From positions 1 to 36,445 of the forward strand of contig JANMQO010000296.1 of assembly GCA_031370565.1 (NCBI GenBank): DNA of 36,445 bases. Direction: 5' to 3'. Position numbers and translations under genes: made by a program. Below, one piece after another: positions 9,039 to 17,555 of this stretch (position 1 is the stretch's first letter; each line of letters begins with the position of its first letter). The notes below the pieces were generated by a model that worked only from the letters and a program-made list of their open reading frames with translations, had not been told where the DNA came from and did no database searches. Source of the DNA: Chloroflexota bacterium. GTDB taxonomy: Bacteria; Chloroflexota; Limnocylindria; Limnocylindrales; CSP1-4.

Positions 9039-9362
9039 TTACAGGAAATGCCGTCGAATGAGCGCCACGTTCTGGAAGATCCGAGGGCCGAAGGTGATGA
9101 GCGCCACCAGATACAGGTCCAGACCGAGCCGATCGCCGATGAAGGTCAGCAGGACGGCCACCAGGGCGTTGGTGACGAACCCGCTGATGAAGATCCGATT
9201 GTCGTAGACCCCGTCGAGTTCCGCCCGGACCGCCCCCAGCACCGAGTCCAGGGCCGCGACGATCGCGACCGCCGAGTAGCGCGCGAACTCGAAGCTGACG
9301 TCGACCTTGAGGATGAGCCCGAGCAGGACGCCCACGACGAGGCCTGCCAGGGGTAGGAGCAC
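9039..9362 (-). CDS. sbp: Small basic protein Sbp (DUF1290)
   Basis: YSAVAIVAALDSVLGAVRA...FISGFVTN...GDRLGLDLY...RIFQNVALIRR. SD GGAGG. Same position as Bacillus sbp, before ftsA. Confidence 0.9.
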   Translation of the reverse strand: MLLPLAGLVVGVLLGLILKVDVSFEFARYSAVAIVAALDSVLGAVRAELDGVYDNRIFISGFVTNALVAVLLTFIGDRLGLDLYLVALITFGPRIFQNVALIRRHFL

Positions 9363-9395
9363 GTGGGTTCACCCTCCGGTCGGTGCGTTTTGGCA

Positions 9396-9425
9396 AGGCT
9401 ACTCGACCCGACTGAGGAACGGCAA
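9396..9425 (-). promoter_or_regulatory. Putative promoter for sbp-ftsA-ftsZ
   Basis: TTGCCG (9425-9420) - 18 nt - TAGCCT (9401-9396) in the ftsQ-sbp gap. Confidence 0.45.
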
Positions 9426-9491
9426 CCCGAGCGTGCCGCGACTCCCCCGGCAGCGGCGGTCCGATGGTCACAATCCGGGCCGACGCCGGCC

Positions 9492-10340
9492 TCACTTGGA
9501 GACCTTCAGGGTGAACGTGCCGTGCTCTTCGTCGGCCAGGATGACCGTGGCCACGCGATCCTGGCGGCCGGCCAGCAGGCTGCGCAGGAGCCGGACCTGG
9601 CCCGGGATGATCGACGTCTGACGCAACGTCGGCGTGAAGAATCCGAAGATCGCCGTCCAGCCGCCGTTGCCATCGTCGAGTGCGAAGCCCCGAGCATCGT
9701 CAATCGAGACGTGCAGCCTGGCCGTGCCCGGGCCGATGTCGGCCGGTCGCAGCGAGGCCAACCGGGCGGCCGCGTCGAACACGATCGGGTCGATCGCAGT
9801 GCCGATGCCGAAGCCCGGCGCGTCCGTGCGCCGATCGTCGACCAAGGGCAGACTCGCGGTCCCGTCCGCGCTGCCGTCCGCCTGGGCAAACAGCACGCCG
9901 TCCCTGGCCGCCAGAAAACGCTGCTGGGCGACCTGCCACAGCACGACGGGCTGGCGCTCCGTCAGGCGGACCCGCAGGGTGTCCGGGAGGGCCACGTCGA
10001 TCGCCACGCCGGTGACTGCCGGGAGCGCCCGCAGGCGCGCCGCAATGTCGTCGGTGGCCACGACGAACAGGTTCGTGCCGTCACCCAGCCCGATCGCGGT
10101 CCGGACCGAGGCTTCGTCCGTGTACGTGGCGCCGCCCAGGTCCAGTCGCCGGTAGCCGAAGGCGGAACTGGCGGTGGCGCCGTAGATCGCCAGGCAGGAC
10201 AGCACCAGCACGAGCAGGGCCAGGGCACGGCTGCGTCCGAAGCCCGCCGACGCCCGTCGGATCGTCGGGCCGCGGCGACCCTGGGTCGACGCCCGACGAG
10301 TCGGCACGGAGCCCGGCCGGAGCGGCCGTCGAGCGGTCAT
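9492..10340 (-). CDS. ftsQ: FtsQ/DivIB-type POTRA-domain cell division protein
   Basis: Basic N-terminus, single TM (ALALLVLVLSCLAIYG), POTRA-like NLF...LRALPAV...LPDTLRVRLTERQP. Positioned after ddl. Start ATG 10340 or TTG 10367. Confidence 0.85.
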   Translation of the reverse strand: MTARRPLRPGSVPTRRASTQGRRGPTIRRASAGFGRSRALALLVLVLSCLAIYGATASSAFGYRRLDLGGATYTDEASVRTAIGLGDGTNLFVVATDDIAARLRALPAVTGVAIDVALPDTLRVRLTERQPVVLWQVAQQRFLAARDGVLFAQADGSADGTASLPLVDDRRTDAPGFGIGTAIDPIVFDAAARLASLRPADIGPGTARLHVSIDDARGFALDDGNGGWTAIFGFFTPTLRQTSIIPGQVRLLRSLLAGRQDRVATVILADEEHGTFTLKVSK

Positions 10341-10373
10341 CGGGCGGTCATCGGCAGCACTCGACAAGGCGCG

Positions 10374-11513
10374 TCATCGGGGCAGGTCCAGGGTGGTCAG
10401 TCGGCGCTCGACGCGGCTCGCTCGCCGCTCCAGCGCCAGTTCCACGATCCGCTCGGCGACGCCCGCGAAGGTGTGGCCGCCCTCGGCGACAAGGACTGGA
10501 AACAGGCTGATCGGGGTGAAGCCCGGGATGGTGTTGATCTCGGACAGGAAGATCCGGTCGTCGGTCAGCAGGAAGTCGACCCGCGCGAAGCCCGCACAGC
10601 CGATGGCGCGATAGCAGTCGCGCGCGATCTTGAGGATCGTCTGGCGGGTCAGCGCGGGCACCTCGGCCGCCAGCGTCGTCGCCGACAGGCCCGGTGTGTA
10701 CTTCGCCGCGTAGTCGTAGAACTCGTGGCCGGACAGGATCTCGCCAGGGCCGTACAGCTCGAGTCGAGCCGGGTCGTTGCCCAGGACCGCCACCTCCAGA
10801 TCCCGCGCCCCCGCGACGTACGCCTCGACGAGTGCCAGCGTGTCGTGGCTCAGGGCAGTCTCGATCGCCCCGGCGCGCTCGGCCGGACCGTGGGCCAGGG
10901 TCATCCCGACCGAGCTGCCCAGCCCGGCCGGCTTGACCATCAGCCGGAGGTCGCCGTTGCCCGCGGCAAAGGCCTCGATCTCGGTCAGCACGCCGGCCGG
11001 GTCCGTCGCCCAGCGAGAGGCGGTCACCTCGCGCCAGTCCACGACCGGCAGCCCGAGCCCACGGCAGAGGCGCTTGAAGATGGCTTTGTCCATGCCGATC
11101 GCGGAGGCAGCCACGCCGGCACCGGTGTAGGCCAGGCCGGCCGCCTCGAGGAGCGCCTGCACGGTGCCATCCTCGCCAAACGGTCCGTGCAGGGCGATGA
11201 ACACAACGGGCGCCGGATCCGCCGCCGCGATCTGATCGAGGGCCACGGCCGCGCTCCACGGGCCGCCGGCACCAAGGATCGAGGGGTCGTCGTAGGCCGC
11301 CTGCGAACGACCGTCCCGGCGATGACCGATGGGCAGCTGCCACCAGGCACCGGCGAGATCGATGAGCACCCGACTGACCAGATGACCGGCGTCCTCGAGC
11401 GCGTCGGCGATGGCGTGGCCGGACACGATCGACACGTCGTGCTCAACCGATGGCCCGCCGAGCAGTACGACGACCGGCGGGATCGAACCCGACGGCAGGC
11501 GCTGCCCGGTCAT
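10374..11513 (-). CDS. ddl: D-alanine--D-alanine ligase
   Basis: GGPSVEHDVS, ALHGPFGEDG, MDK, KPAGLGSSVG, FYDYAAKY, EINTIPG. ATG 11513 overlaps the murB stop. Confidence 0.96.
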   Translation of the reverse strand: MTGQRLPSGSIPPVVVLLGGPSVEHDVSIVSGHAIADALEDAGHLVSRVLIDLAGAWWQLPIGHRRDGRSQAAYDDPSILGAGGPWSAAVALDQIAAADPAPVVFIALHGPFGEDGTVQALLEAAGLAYTGAGVAASAIGMDKAIFKRLCRGLGLPVVDWREVTASRWATDPAGVLTEIEAFAAGNGDLRLMVKPAGLGSSVGMTLAHGPAERAGAIETALSHDTLALVEAYVAGARDLEVAVLGNDPARLELYGPGEILSGHEFYDYAAKYTPGLSATTLAAEVPALTRQTILKIARDCYRAIGCAGFARVDFLLTDDRIFLSEINTIPGFTPISLFPVLVAEGGHTFAGVAERIVELALERRASRVERRLTTLDLPR

Positions 11514-12625
11514 ACGCCCGAGCTCGGCTCGCGGCCGGCCGAACCGCCCGCCTCGGACCTGGCCTCGGACCGGGCCTCGGACTCGGCCGAACCGCCCGCC
11601 TCGGCCTCGGCATCGGACCACTCGGGACCCCAGGCACCCACGAACTCGACCTCCTCCACGAGCCAGACCCCAAAGCGACGGACGACCTCGGCGCGGACGA
11701 GCTGGCCCAGCTGGCGCAGATCGGCGGCCGTCCCCTTGCGGTCGTTGACCAGGAAGTTGGCGTGCTTCTCGCTGACCGAGGCGCCCCCGATCCTGGTGCC
11801 CTTGAGACCGGCCGCGTCGATGAGCCGGCCGGCCGAGTCGCCGGTGGGGTTGCGGAAGTAGCTGCCGGCGCTCGGGATGCCCAGCGGCTGGTGCGCCTGG
11901 CGCCAGTGTCGGATCGCATCGAGGCGCTCACGGATCTCGTCCGAGGTGGCCGACGCAAGACGGAACGTGGCGCCCAGGACGACGTCGGTCAGCCCGTCTG
12001 GACTCGGATGCTTGAAGCGGCTGTCGCGGTAGCCCAGGCCCAGCTCGGCACCAGCCAGGCGAGCCTCCGTGCCGTCGGCTCGCAGGACGAGGACGGATTC
12101 GACGACCCCACCGATGTCTGCTTCGTGGGCACCCGCGTTGGCCCACACGGCGCCGCCGACCGTGCCCGGGATGGCCAGCCCGAACTCGAGCCCGGACAGA
12201 CCGGCACCCTGGGTCACCGTGGCGGCCCGGGCCATCGGCACGCCCGCCTCCGCGATGAGCCGATCGTCGCGGATCTCGGTGTCTTCGGCCCGCACCTGGA
12301 TGACCAGGCCGCGCACACCGGCGTCGGCGACGACGACGTCGCTGCCCCGTCCGAGCACGAGGTGCGGCAGGCCGCGGGTCCGGGCGAACTTGACCAGGGC
12401 GCGTAGCTCGAACGTGTTGTGCGCCACCGCGAACAGGTCGGCCGGGCCACCGACACGCAGCGTCGTGAACCGGGCCAGCGGCTCATCGCGCGACGTCTTG
12501 ACCCCGATCCGCCGCTGGATCTCCGTGCCCAGCGTGATCGGATCGAAGCGCACGGGCCCAGGCTCCGGGCTGCCGCGACCGGAACCGGCGCCGGCCGCAT
12601 CGGGGGCCCCGCCGTGCTGGTTCAT
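11510..12625 (-). CDS. murB: UDP-N-acetylmuramate dehydrogenase
   Basis: TTLRVGGPA, GLEF..IPGTVGGA..NAGA, YRDS, QP...PSAGSYFRNP, SEKHANF. Confidence 0.96.
   Translation of the reverse strand: MNQHGGAPDAAGAGSGRGSPEPGPVRFDPITLGTEIQRRIGVKTSRDEPLARFTTLRVGGPADLFAVAHNTFELRALVKFARTRGLPHLVLGRGSDVVVADAGVRGLVIQVRAEDTEIRDDRLIAEAGVPMARAATVTQGAGLSGLEFGLAIPGTVGGAVWANAGAHEADIGGVVESVLVLRADGTEARLAGAELGLGYRDSRFKHPSPDGLTDVVLGATFRLASATSDEIRERLDAIRHWRQAHQPLGIPSAGSYFRNPTGDSAGRLIDAAGLKGTRIGGASVSEKHANFLVNDRKGTAADLRQLGQLVRAEVVRRFGVWLVEEVEFVGAWGPEWSDAEAEAGGSAESEARSEARSEAGGSAGREPSSGV
11537..11604. repeat. Imperfect direct repeats in the murB 3' tail
   Basis: GGCCGAACCGCCCGCCTCGG occurs twice (11537-11556, 11585-11604) around 12-nt-period GCCTCGGAC units. 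Encodes EAGGSA-ESEARSEARS-EAGGSA. Confidence 0.7.
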
Positions 12626-13779
12626 CGGGCGCCCGCCGACCGCGCGACACGCTCGAGCTCGGCGGCGTCCGGCAGCGGCGCTCGCCGGGCAGCGGCCAGG
12701 ACCAGCCGAGCGACCGCGTCTGCCGCGCCCGGCCGGCCCTGCTCACGCGAGGCCGCCGACATCCGGGCGTGCCGGTTCGGATCGTCCAGGATGGCGGCGG
12801 CATCGAGCAGCGCCGCCGCGTCGAAAGCCTCATCGGCGATGAGCCGGGCCGCGCCTGACTCGACCAGGTGTCGGGCGTTGGCGCGCTGATGGCCTGCAGC
12901 ATGGGGATACGGCACCACCACCAGCGGCTTGCCCAGGGCCGTGGCCTCGGCCAGCGTGGAGCTGCCCGCACGCCCAACGATGAGATCTGCGGCGACCAGT
13001 GCGGCCGCCATCTCCTCGCCGAGGAACGGATAGGGTCGATAGCGATCCTGCAGCGCCGTCGGGAGCGCCGCACGGCCGGCGAGGGCGACGGCATACCCGG
13101 CGTCGCCCGTGACGTGGATGACATGGACCCGCTCGACGAGGCGCGGCAGCGCTTCCGCCACCGCCACATTGAACCGGCGCACCGCCTGCGAGCCCCCGAA
13201 GATGAGCAGCAGCCGCTGCCCGGCAGCCACTCCGAAGCCCGTCCGGGCGACGATCGGGTCGACTTCGTCGAAGCGCCGGATCGGCGTGCCGGTGACCATG
13301 CAGCGTTCCGCCGCCATGTCCAGCGAGCGACACGTCTCCGGGTAGGAGACTGCCACGGCCAGGGCCAGGCGCGCCGTGGCCCGGACGCTCCGACCCGGCA
13401 TGACGTTGCCCTCCCAGAGGATCACCGGGATACCCAGGCCGCGGGCTGCCAGCATGACCGGGATGGCCACATAGCCGCCCGTCGTGAGGATCGCGGCTGG
13501 TCGCTCGCGAGCCAGGACGGCGGCCGCCTGGGGTACCGACAGGCCCAGCCGAATGGGGTCCAGGACGGTGTGCACCGAGCGTTCGGCCGAGCGCAGCGAG
13601 CGCAGCAGCAGCAGGCGCACGGGTATCCCGGCAGCTCGAACCACCGCGGCCTCCAGGCCGCGGTGCCCACCCAGCCAGGCCAGCTCGAGGTCAGGCTCGC
13701 GGGCGCGGAGCGACCGGGCGACGGCCAGCGCGGGGTAGATGTGCCCGCCCGTGCCGCCGCCCGCGATCAGCAGACGCAT
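12622..13779 (-). CDS. murG: Lipid II GlcNAc transferase MurG
   Basis: MRLLIAGGGTGGHIYPALA, GGYV, GGSQA, RAGSST.AE, HQRANA. Start re-called at ATG 13779. Confidence 0.97.
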   Translation of the reverse strand: MRLLIAGGGTGGHIYPALAVARSLRAREPDLELAWLGGHRGLEAAVVRAAGIPVRLLLLRSLRSAERSVHTVLDPIRLGLSVPQAAAVLARERPAAILTTGGYVAIPVMLAARGLGIPVILWEGNVMPGRSVRATARLALAVAVSYPETCRSLDMAAERCMVTGTPIRRFDEVDPIVARTGFGVAAGQRLLLIFGGSQAVRRFNVAVAEALPRLVERVHVIHVTGDAGYAVALAGRAALPTALQDRYRPYPFLGEEMAAALVAADLIVGRAGSSTLAEATALGKPLVVVPYPHAAGHQRANARHLVESGAARLIADEAFDAAALLDAAAILDDPNRHARMSAASREQGRPGAADAVARLVLAAARRAPLPDAAELERVARSAGAR

Positions 13780-14962
13780 CGTTCCAGGTGCCTCGTTCGA
13801 CGGTTTCACGAGAGATGGAGAGCAGGATCCCGACGGCAGCCAAGCTGATCGTCAGCGAGGAGCCACCGGCACTGATGAACGGCAGGGTGATGCCCGTGAT
13901 CGGGAAGAGCGCCACCACCACGCCGATGTTGATGAACGCCTGGATGCACAGCCAGCCCGTGATCCCGGCGGCCAGCAGCGCCCCGAAGGTGTCCGGCGCG
14001 GATAGCGAAACGCGGATGCCCTGGTAGGCCAGGATGACGAACAAGGCGATGACCAGGCCCGCCCCGACCAACCCGAACTCCTCACCGATGATCGCGAAGA
14101 TGAAATCGTTGCTGGCGTTGGGCAGGAACAGCGCGCCGGCCACCCGACTGTGGCCGAGGCCCAGCCCGAACAGACCACCCGAGGCGAGGGCCAGCAGGCC
14201 CTGCACCGAATGGAAGCCGATCCCCTGCGGATCGGCCCATGGATCAAGCCAGGCCCGGATCCGGTCCAGCTGGTACCCGCGCAGTGCGAACAGCACGACG
14301 CCGACGCTGCCCGTCCCGAGCAGTCCCACGACATGGGTCAGGCTGGCGCCGGCGACCAGGAACATGGTCATGCCGGTGCCTGCGATGACGAACGACGTGC
14401 CCAGGTCCGGTTCCGCCAGCACGAGCGCCACGATCGGCACGAAGACGGCCAGGAAGGGCAGCGTCCCCGATCGCAGTCCATGCAGCGCTGTGCCGCGCTT
14501 GGCCAACCAGTGGGCCAGGTAGATGACCATGGCCAACTTGGCGAACTCGGCTGGATGCAGGGCGAGCGGGCCGATCCGCAGCCAGCGAGCGGAGCCGCCC
14601 ACGACCTTGCCCAGGGCCGGGTGGAAGACGAGCACCAGCAGCACGACCGCCATGACGAAGAGCGGGATCGACACGAGACGCAGACGTCGATAGTCGATCC
14701 GGAGCATGGCCAGCATGGCGACCACGCCGAGCAATCCCCACACGACCTGCGGCGCCACCGCGCCGAAGACATCGCCGTCCTGGGCATATTGGGTCAGGGC
14801 CGACGACGAGAAGACCATGAGGATGCCGATCGCCAACAGGGCACACACAGCCACCAGGATGACGTAGTCCGGTGGGTGCGTCTCACGCGCCAGCGTCGCG
14901 GTCCTGCCACGCTTCGGGCGCGGTCCGGTTCGCGCGCGGAGCAGGCTGAGTGGAGTCAGCAT
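13691..14962 (-). CDS. ftsW: SEDS peptidoglycan polymerase FtsW
   Basis: C-terminal half of ORF 13691..16279 from ATG 14962. Multi-TM; GSARWL, HPAEFAK, EPDLGT, DFIFAIIGEEFG, GITLPFISAGGSS. Confidence 0.95.
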   Translation of the reverse strand: MLTPLSLLRARTGPRPKRGRTATLARETHPPDYVILVAVCALLAIGILMVFSSSALTQYAQDGDVFGAVAPQVVWGLLGVVAMLAMLRIDYRRLRLVSIPLFVMAVVLLVLVFHPALGKVVGGSARWLRIGPLALHPAEFAKLAMVIYLAHWLAKRGTALHGLRSGTLPFLAVFVPIVALVLAEPDLGTSFVIAGTGMTMFLVAGASLTHVVGLLGTGSVGVVLFALRGYQLDRIRAWLDPWADPQGIGFHSVQGLLALASGGLFGLGLGHSRVAGALFLPNASNDFIFAIIGEEFGLVGAGLVIALFVILAYQGIRVSLSAPDTFGALLAAGITGWLCIQAFINIGVVVALFPITGITLPFISAGGSSLTISLAAVGILLSISRETVERGTWNDASADRGRRHGRAHLPRAGRRPVAPRPRA

Positions 14963-16563
14963 CGACGCCCTGCCTTGGGCTCCGCGCCCAGGCCAGCCTG
15001 GCGCCTCGCGTCGAGCGTCGCGACGGCCGCCCGAAAGGCCCGGCCACGCGCCGCATAGTCGACGAACATGTCGAAGCTGGCCGCGGCCGGGCTGAGCAGC
15101 ACGGTGGCCGGACCGCCGGACGGGTTCGCCTCGAGCAACTCCCGGGCAATCGCGTCCGCCCTGTCGACGGCGGTCTCGAGCGTGGCAGCACGCTCGGTCC
15201 GAGCCAGGCCGGCAGCCCGGAAGTCGGCCTCGAGTTGGGCACCGCTCTCCCCGATGAGCACCGCGGCGGCGGCCCGCTGCGCGACGACGGGACTGAGGTC
15301 GCTCAGGTCGATACCCTTGTCCCGGCCCCCGGCGATGAGCACGATCGGCGGCCGAAACGAGCGCAACGCCGCGATGACCGCGTCTGGCTGGGTGCCCATC
15401 GAATCGTTGACGTAGCGCACCCCATCGAACAGCGCGACCGTCTCGAGTCGATGCTCGACGCCGGCGAAGCCGGCCAGGGCGGCTCGAATGGCGTCTGGCG
15501 CGACGCCGAACAGCAGGGCGACAGCCACGGCGGCCAGCGCGTTGGAGGCATTGTGGCGACCCGGAATGGCGAGCTCGCGCAGAGGCAGGATCCGGCCGCC
15601 CGGGCCGGTCGCGGCGACACCACCACCAGCCAGAGGCAGACACGCCACGGCGTCCGCCACGATCCACTCGTCGACGATGCCGACCCCGCCGACCATCGGC
15701 CGGGCCAGCCGATAGACCACCGACGGCGCCGCCCCGATCCCGGCGTACGCGGCCACCACCGGATCGTCGCCGTTGAGCACGAGGGCACCTTGGGGGTCCA
15801 CCTGCTCGGCGAATCGACGCTTGACCGCCCGGTATGCCTCGAGCGTGCCGTGTCGATCCAGGTGATCCGCGGTCACGTTCGTGAAGACGGCCACCGTCGT
15901 ACCGCGGGACAGCGTCGGCAGCTGCAGCTCCGAGAGCTCGATGACCACGCGGTCCGCCGGGCCCAGGTCGGACAAGCGCTCGACCAGCGGTTGACCGATG
16001 TTCCCGCCGAGCACGGCCCGGTGGCTGGGCGCCGCGGAGAGCAGCGCGTGCGCGAGGGTGGCGGTGGTCGTCTTGCCCTTCGTGCCGGTCACGCCTACGG
16101 TCGGCGCCGGGCAGAGTCGGAGGACGAGGTCCGCTTCGGACACGAGCGCGGGCGCGGTCCGATCGCCGCCGGCGCGCGCCGCCACCAGGGCGGCCAGGGC
16201 GGCACGCAGTCGCGGCTCCGTGGTCGGGTAGTCGGGGTTCACCGACGGTGAGGTGGTGATCAACGCCGCGCCACGCCACGCTTGCGCCGGATCGACGGCC
16301 GCGCCGGTCAGCAGGCGCACCGGCCGACCGTCGAGCTGAGCCAGCGCCTCGGCCAACTCCGCCTCGGGACGTCCGTCGTAGACCGTCACCAGGGCCCCGG
16401 CATCCACCAGGAAGCGAGCCAGGGCGATGCCGCTCCGCGCGAAGCCCAGGACGGTGACTGGTCGACCGGCCAGTGCCCCGTCACGGACGGCCCGCAGGGT
16501 GAGCGTGTCCGGATCGATCGTCGGCACAGTCGGCACAGGGGGCTGGTTCGTCACGGTCGTCAT
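14956..16563 (-). CDS. murD: UDP-MurNAc-L-Ala--D-glutamate ligase
   Basis: From ATG 16563 (ATGA with the mraY stop): GFARSG, TGTKGKTTT, GGNIG, ELSELQL, DHLDRH, HRLE, NDS, SPAAASFD. Confidence 0.96.
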   Translation of the reverse strand: MTTVTNQPPVPTVPTIDPDTLTLRAVRDGALAGRPVTVLGFARSGIALARFLVDAGALVTVYDGRPEAELAEALAQLDGRPVRLLTGAAVDPAQAWRGAALITTSPSVNPDYPTTEPRLRAALAALVAARAGGDRTAPALVSEADLVLRLCPAPTVGVTGTKGKTTTATLAHALLSAAPSHRAVLGGNIGQPLVERLSDLGPADRVVIELSELQLPTLSRGTTVAVFTNVTADHLDRHGTLEAYRAVKRRFAEQVDPQGALVLNGDDPVVAAYAGIGAAPSVVYRLARPMVGGVGIVDEWIVADAVACLPLAGGGVAATGPGGRILPLRELAIPGRHNASNALAAVAVALLFGVAPDAIRAALAGFAGVEHRLETVALFDGVRYVNDSMGTQPDAVIAALRSFRPPIVLIAGGRDKGIDLSDLSPVVAQRAAAAVLIGESGAQLEADFRAAGLARTERAATLETAVDRADAIARELLEANPSGGPATVLLSPAAASFDMFVDYAARGRAFRAAVATLDARRQAGLGAEPKAGRRC

Positions 16564-17555
16564 GCCAGCCGGTGGATGGAGGCCAGGAAGAGGGTCACCC
16601 CGAGCAGACCCGCCAGCACACCCACGATCCAGAAGCGAACCGTGATCTTCTCTTCGTCCCAGCCGCTCAGCTCGAAGTGATGATGGATGGGCGCCATCTT
16701 GAACACGCGCCGACCGCCACTCAGCTTGAAGTAGCCGATCTGGATGATGTCCGAGGCGGTCTCCACGACGAACACGATGCCGATCAGCGGCAGGACCAGG
16801 ATCTGGCCGGTGATGAGCGCTGTGACGGCCAGGCACGCGCCCAGCGCCAGCGAACCCGAATCGCCCATGAACACCTGGGCCGGGTGGACGTTGAACCACA
16901 GGAACCCGAGCATGGCCCCGATGATGATCGCGCACAGCAGGGCCAGGTTGGGCTGCTGCGGCACGTTGAGCAGGGCGATGATCATGTAGGCCACGAAGGC
17001 GATCGCCGTCGTGCCGCCGGCCAGCCCGTCCAGGCCGTCGGTCAGGTTGACCCCGTTGCTGGTGGCCACGATCGCCAGCGCCCCGAAGATGATCCACAGC
17101 GCTGGCCCGATGACGACTTCGCCCGCAAACGGGACTCGGATGGCATCGATCCCGAAGTGGCGCTGGATGTACAGCGCGGCCAGGATCGCCACCACGACCT
17201 GCCAGACGAGCTTGCCGCGCACCCCGATGCCGGAGCCAGTCTTCACATTCAGGTAGTCGTCGAAGGCGCCCAGCGCGCCTACCCCGAGCAGGGCCGCCAG
17301 TGGCGAATAGGTGTCCGGGGTGTCGCCGCCGACAGCACCGAGGAAGAAGGCGACGATGGCCACGACGCTGATGATCAGGACGCCGCCGCCGGTCGGCGTG
17401 CCCTGCTTGGTCTGGTGGCTGTCCGGCCCCTCTTCGCGAATGTTCTTGCCGAACCGGGCATGACGCAGCAGCCGGATGTACGAGGGCATCAGGATGACGA
17501 TGAGCAGGAACGCGAGGAGCAGGCCCTGGATGAGCTCGACCGTGCCGATCCTCAC
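16560..17555 (-). CDS. mraY: Phospho-MurNAc-pentapeptide transferase
   Basis: KQGTPTGGG, DDY, NGVNLTDGLDGLA, FMGDSGS, MAPIHHHFEL. Confidence 0.98.
   Translation of the reverse strand: MRIGTVELIQGLLLAFLLIVILMPSYIRLLRHARFGKNIREEGPDSHQTKQGTPTGGGVLIISVVAIVAFFLGAVGGDTPDTYSPLAALLGVGALGAFDDYLNVKTGSGIGVRGKLVWQVVVAILAALYIQRHFGIDAIRVPFAGEVVIGPALWIIFGALAIVATSNGVNLTDGLDGLAGGTTAIAFVAYMIIALLNVPQQPNLALLCAIIIGAMLGFLWFNVHPAQVFMGDSGSLALGACLAVTALITGQILVLPLIGIVFVVETASDIIQIGYFKLSGGRRVFKMAPIHHHFELSGWDEEKITVRFWIVGVLAGLLGVTLFLASIHRLA

Noticed and set aside
10374-11513. Possible D-Ala-D-Lac (vancomycin-resistance type) ligase
   Set aside because: The omega loop FYDYAAKY keeps the Tyr typical of D-Ala-D-Ala ligases, and the gene is in the dcw operon with no van genes.
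6566-11861. Very long plus-strand ORFs (6566..9061, 9363..11861) and similar ones such as 18982..21210, 29394..31157 and 34742..36181
   Set aside because: They are antisense shadows of well-identified genes in high-GC DNA, with no recognisable motifs.
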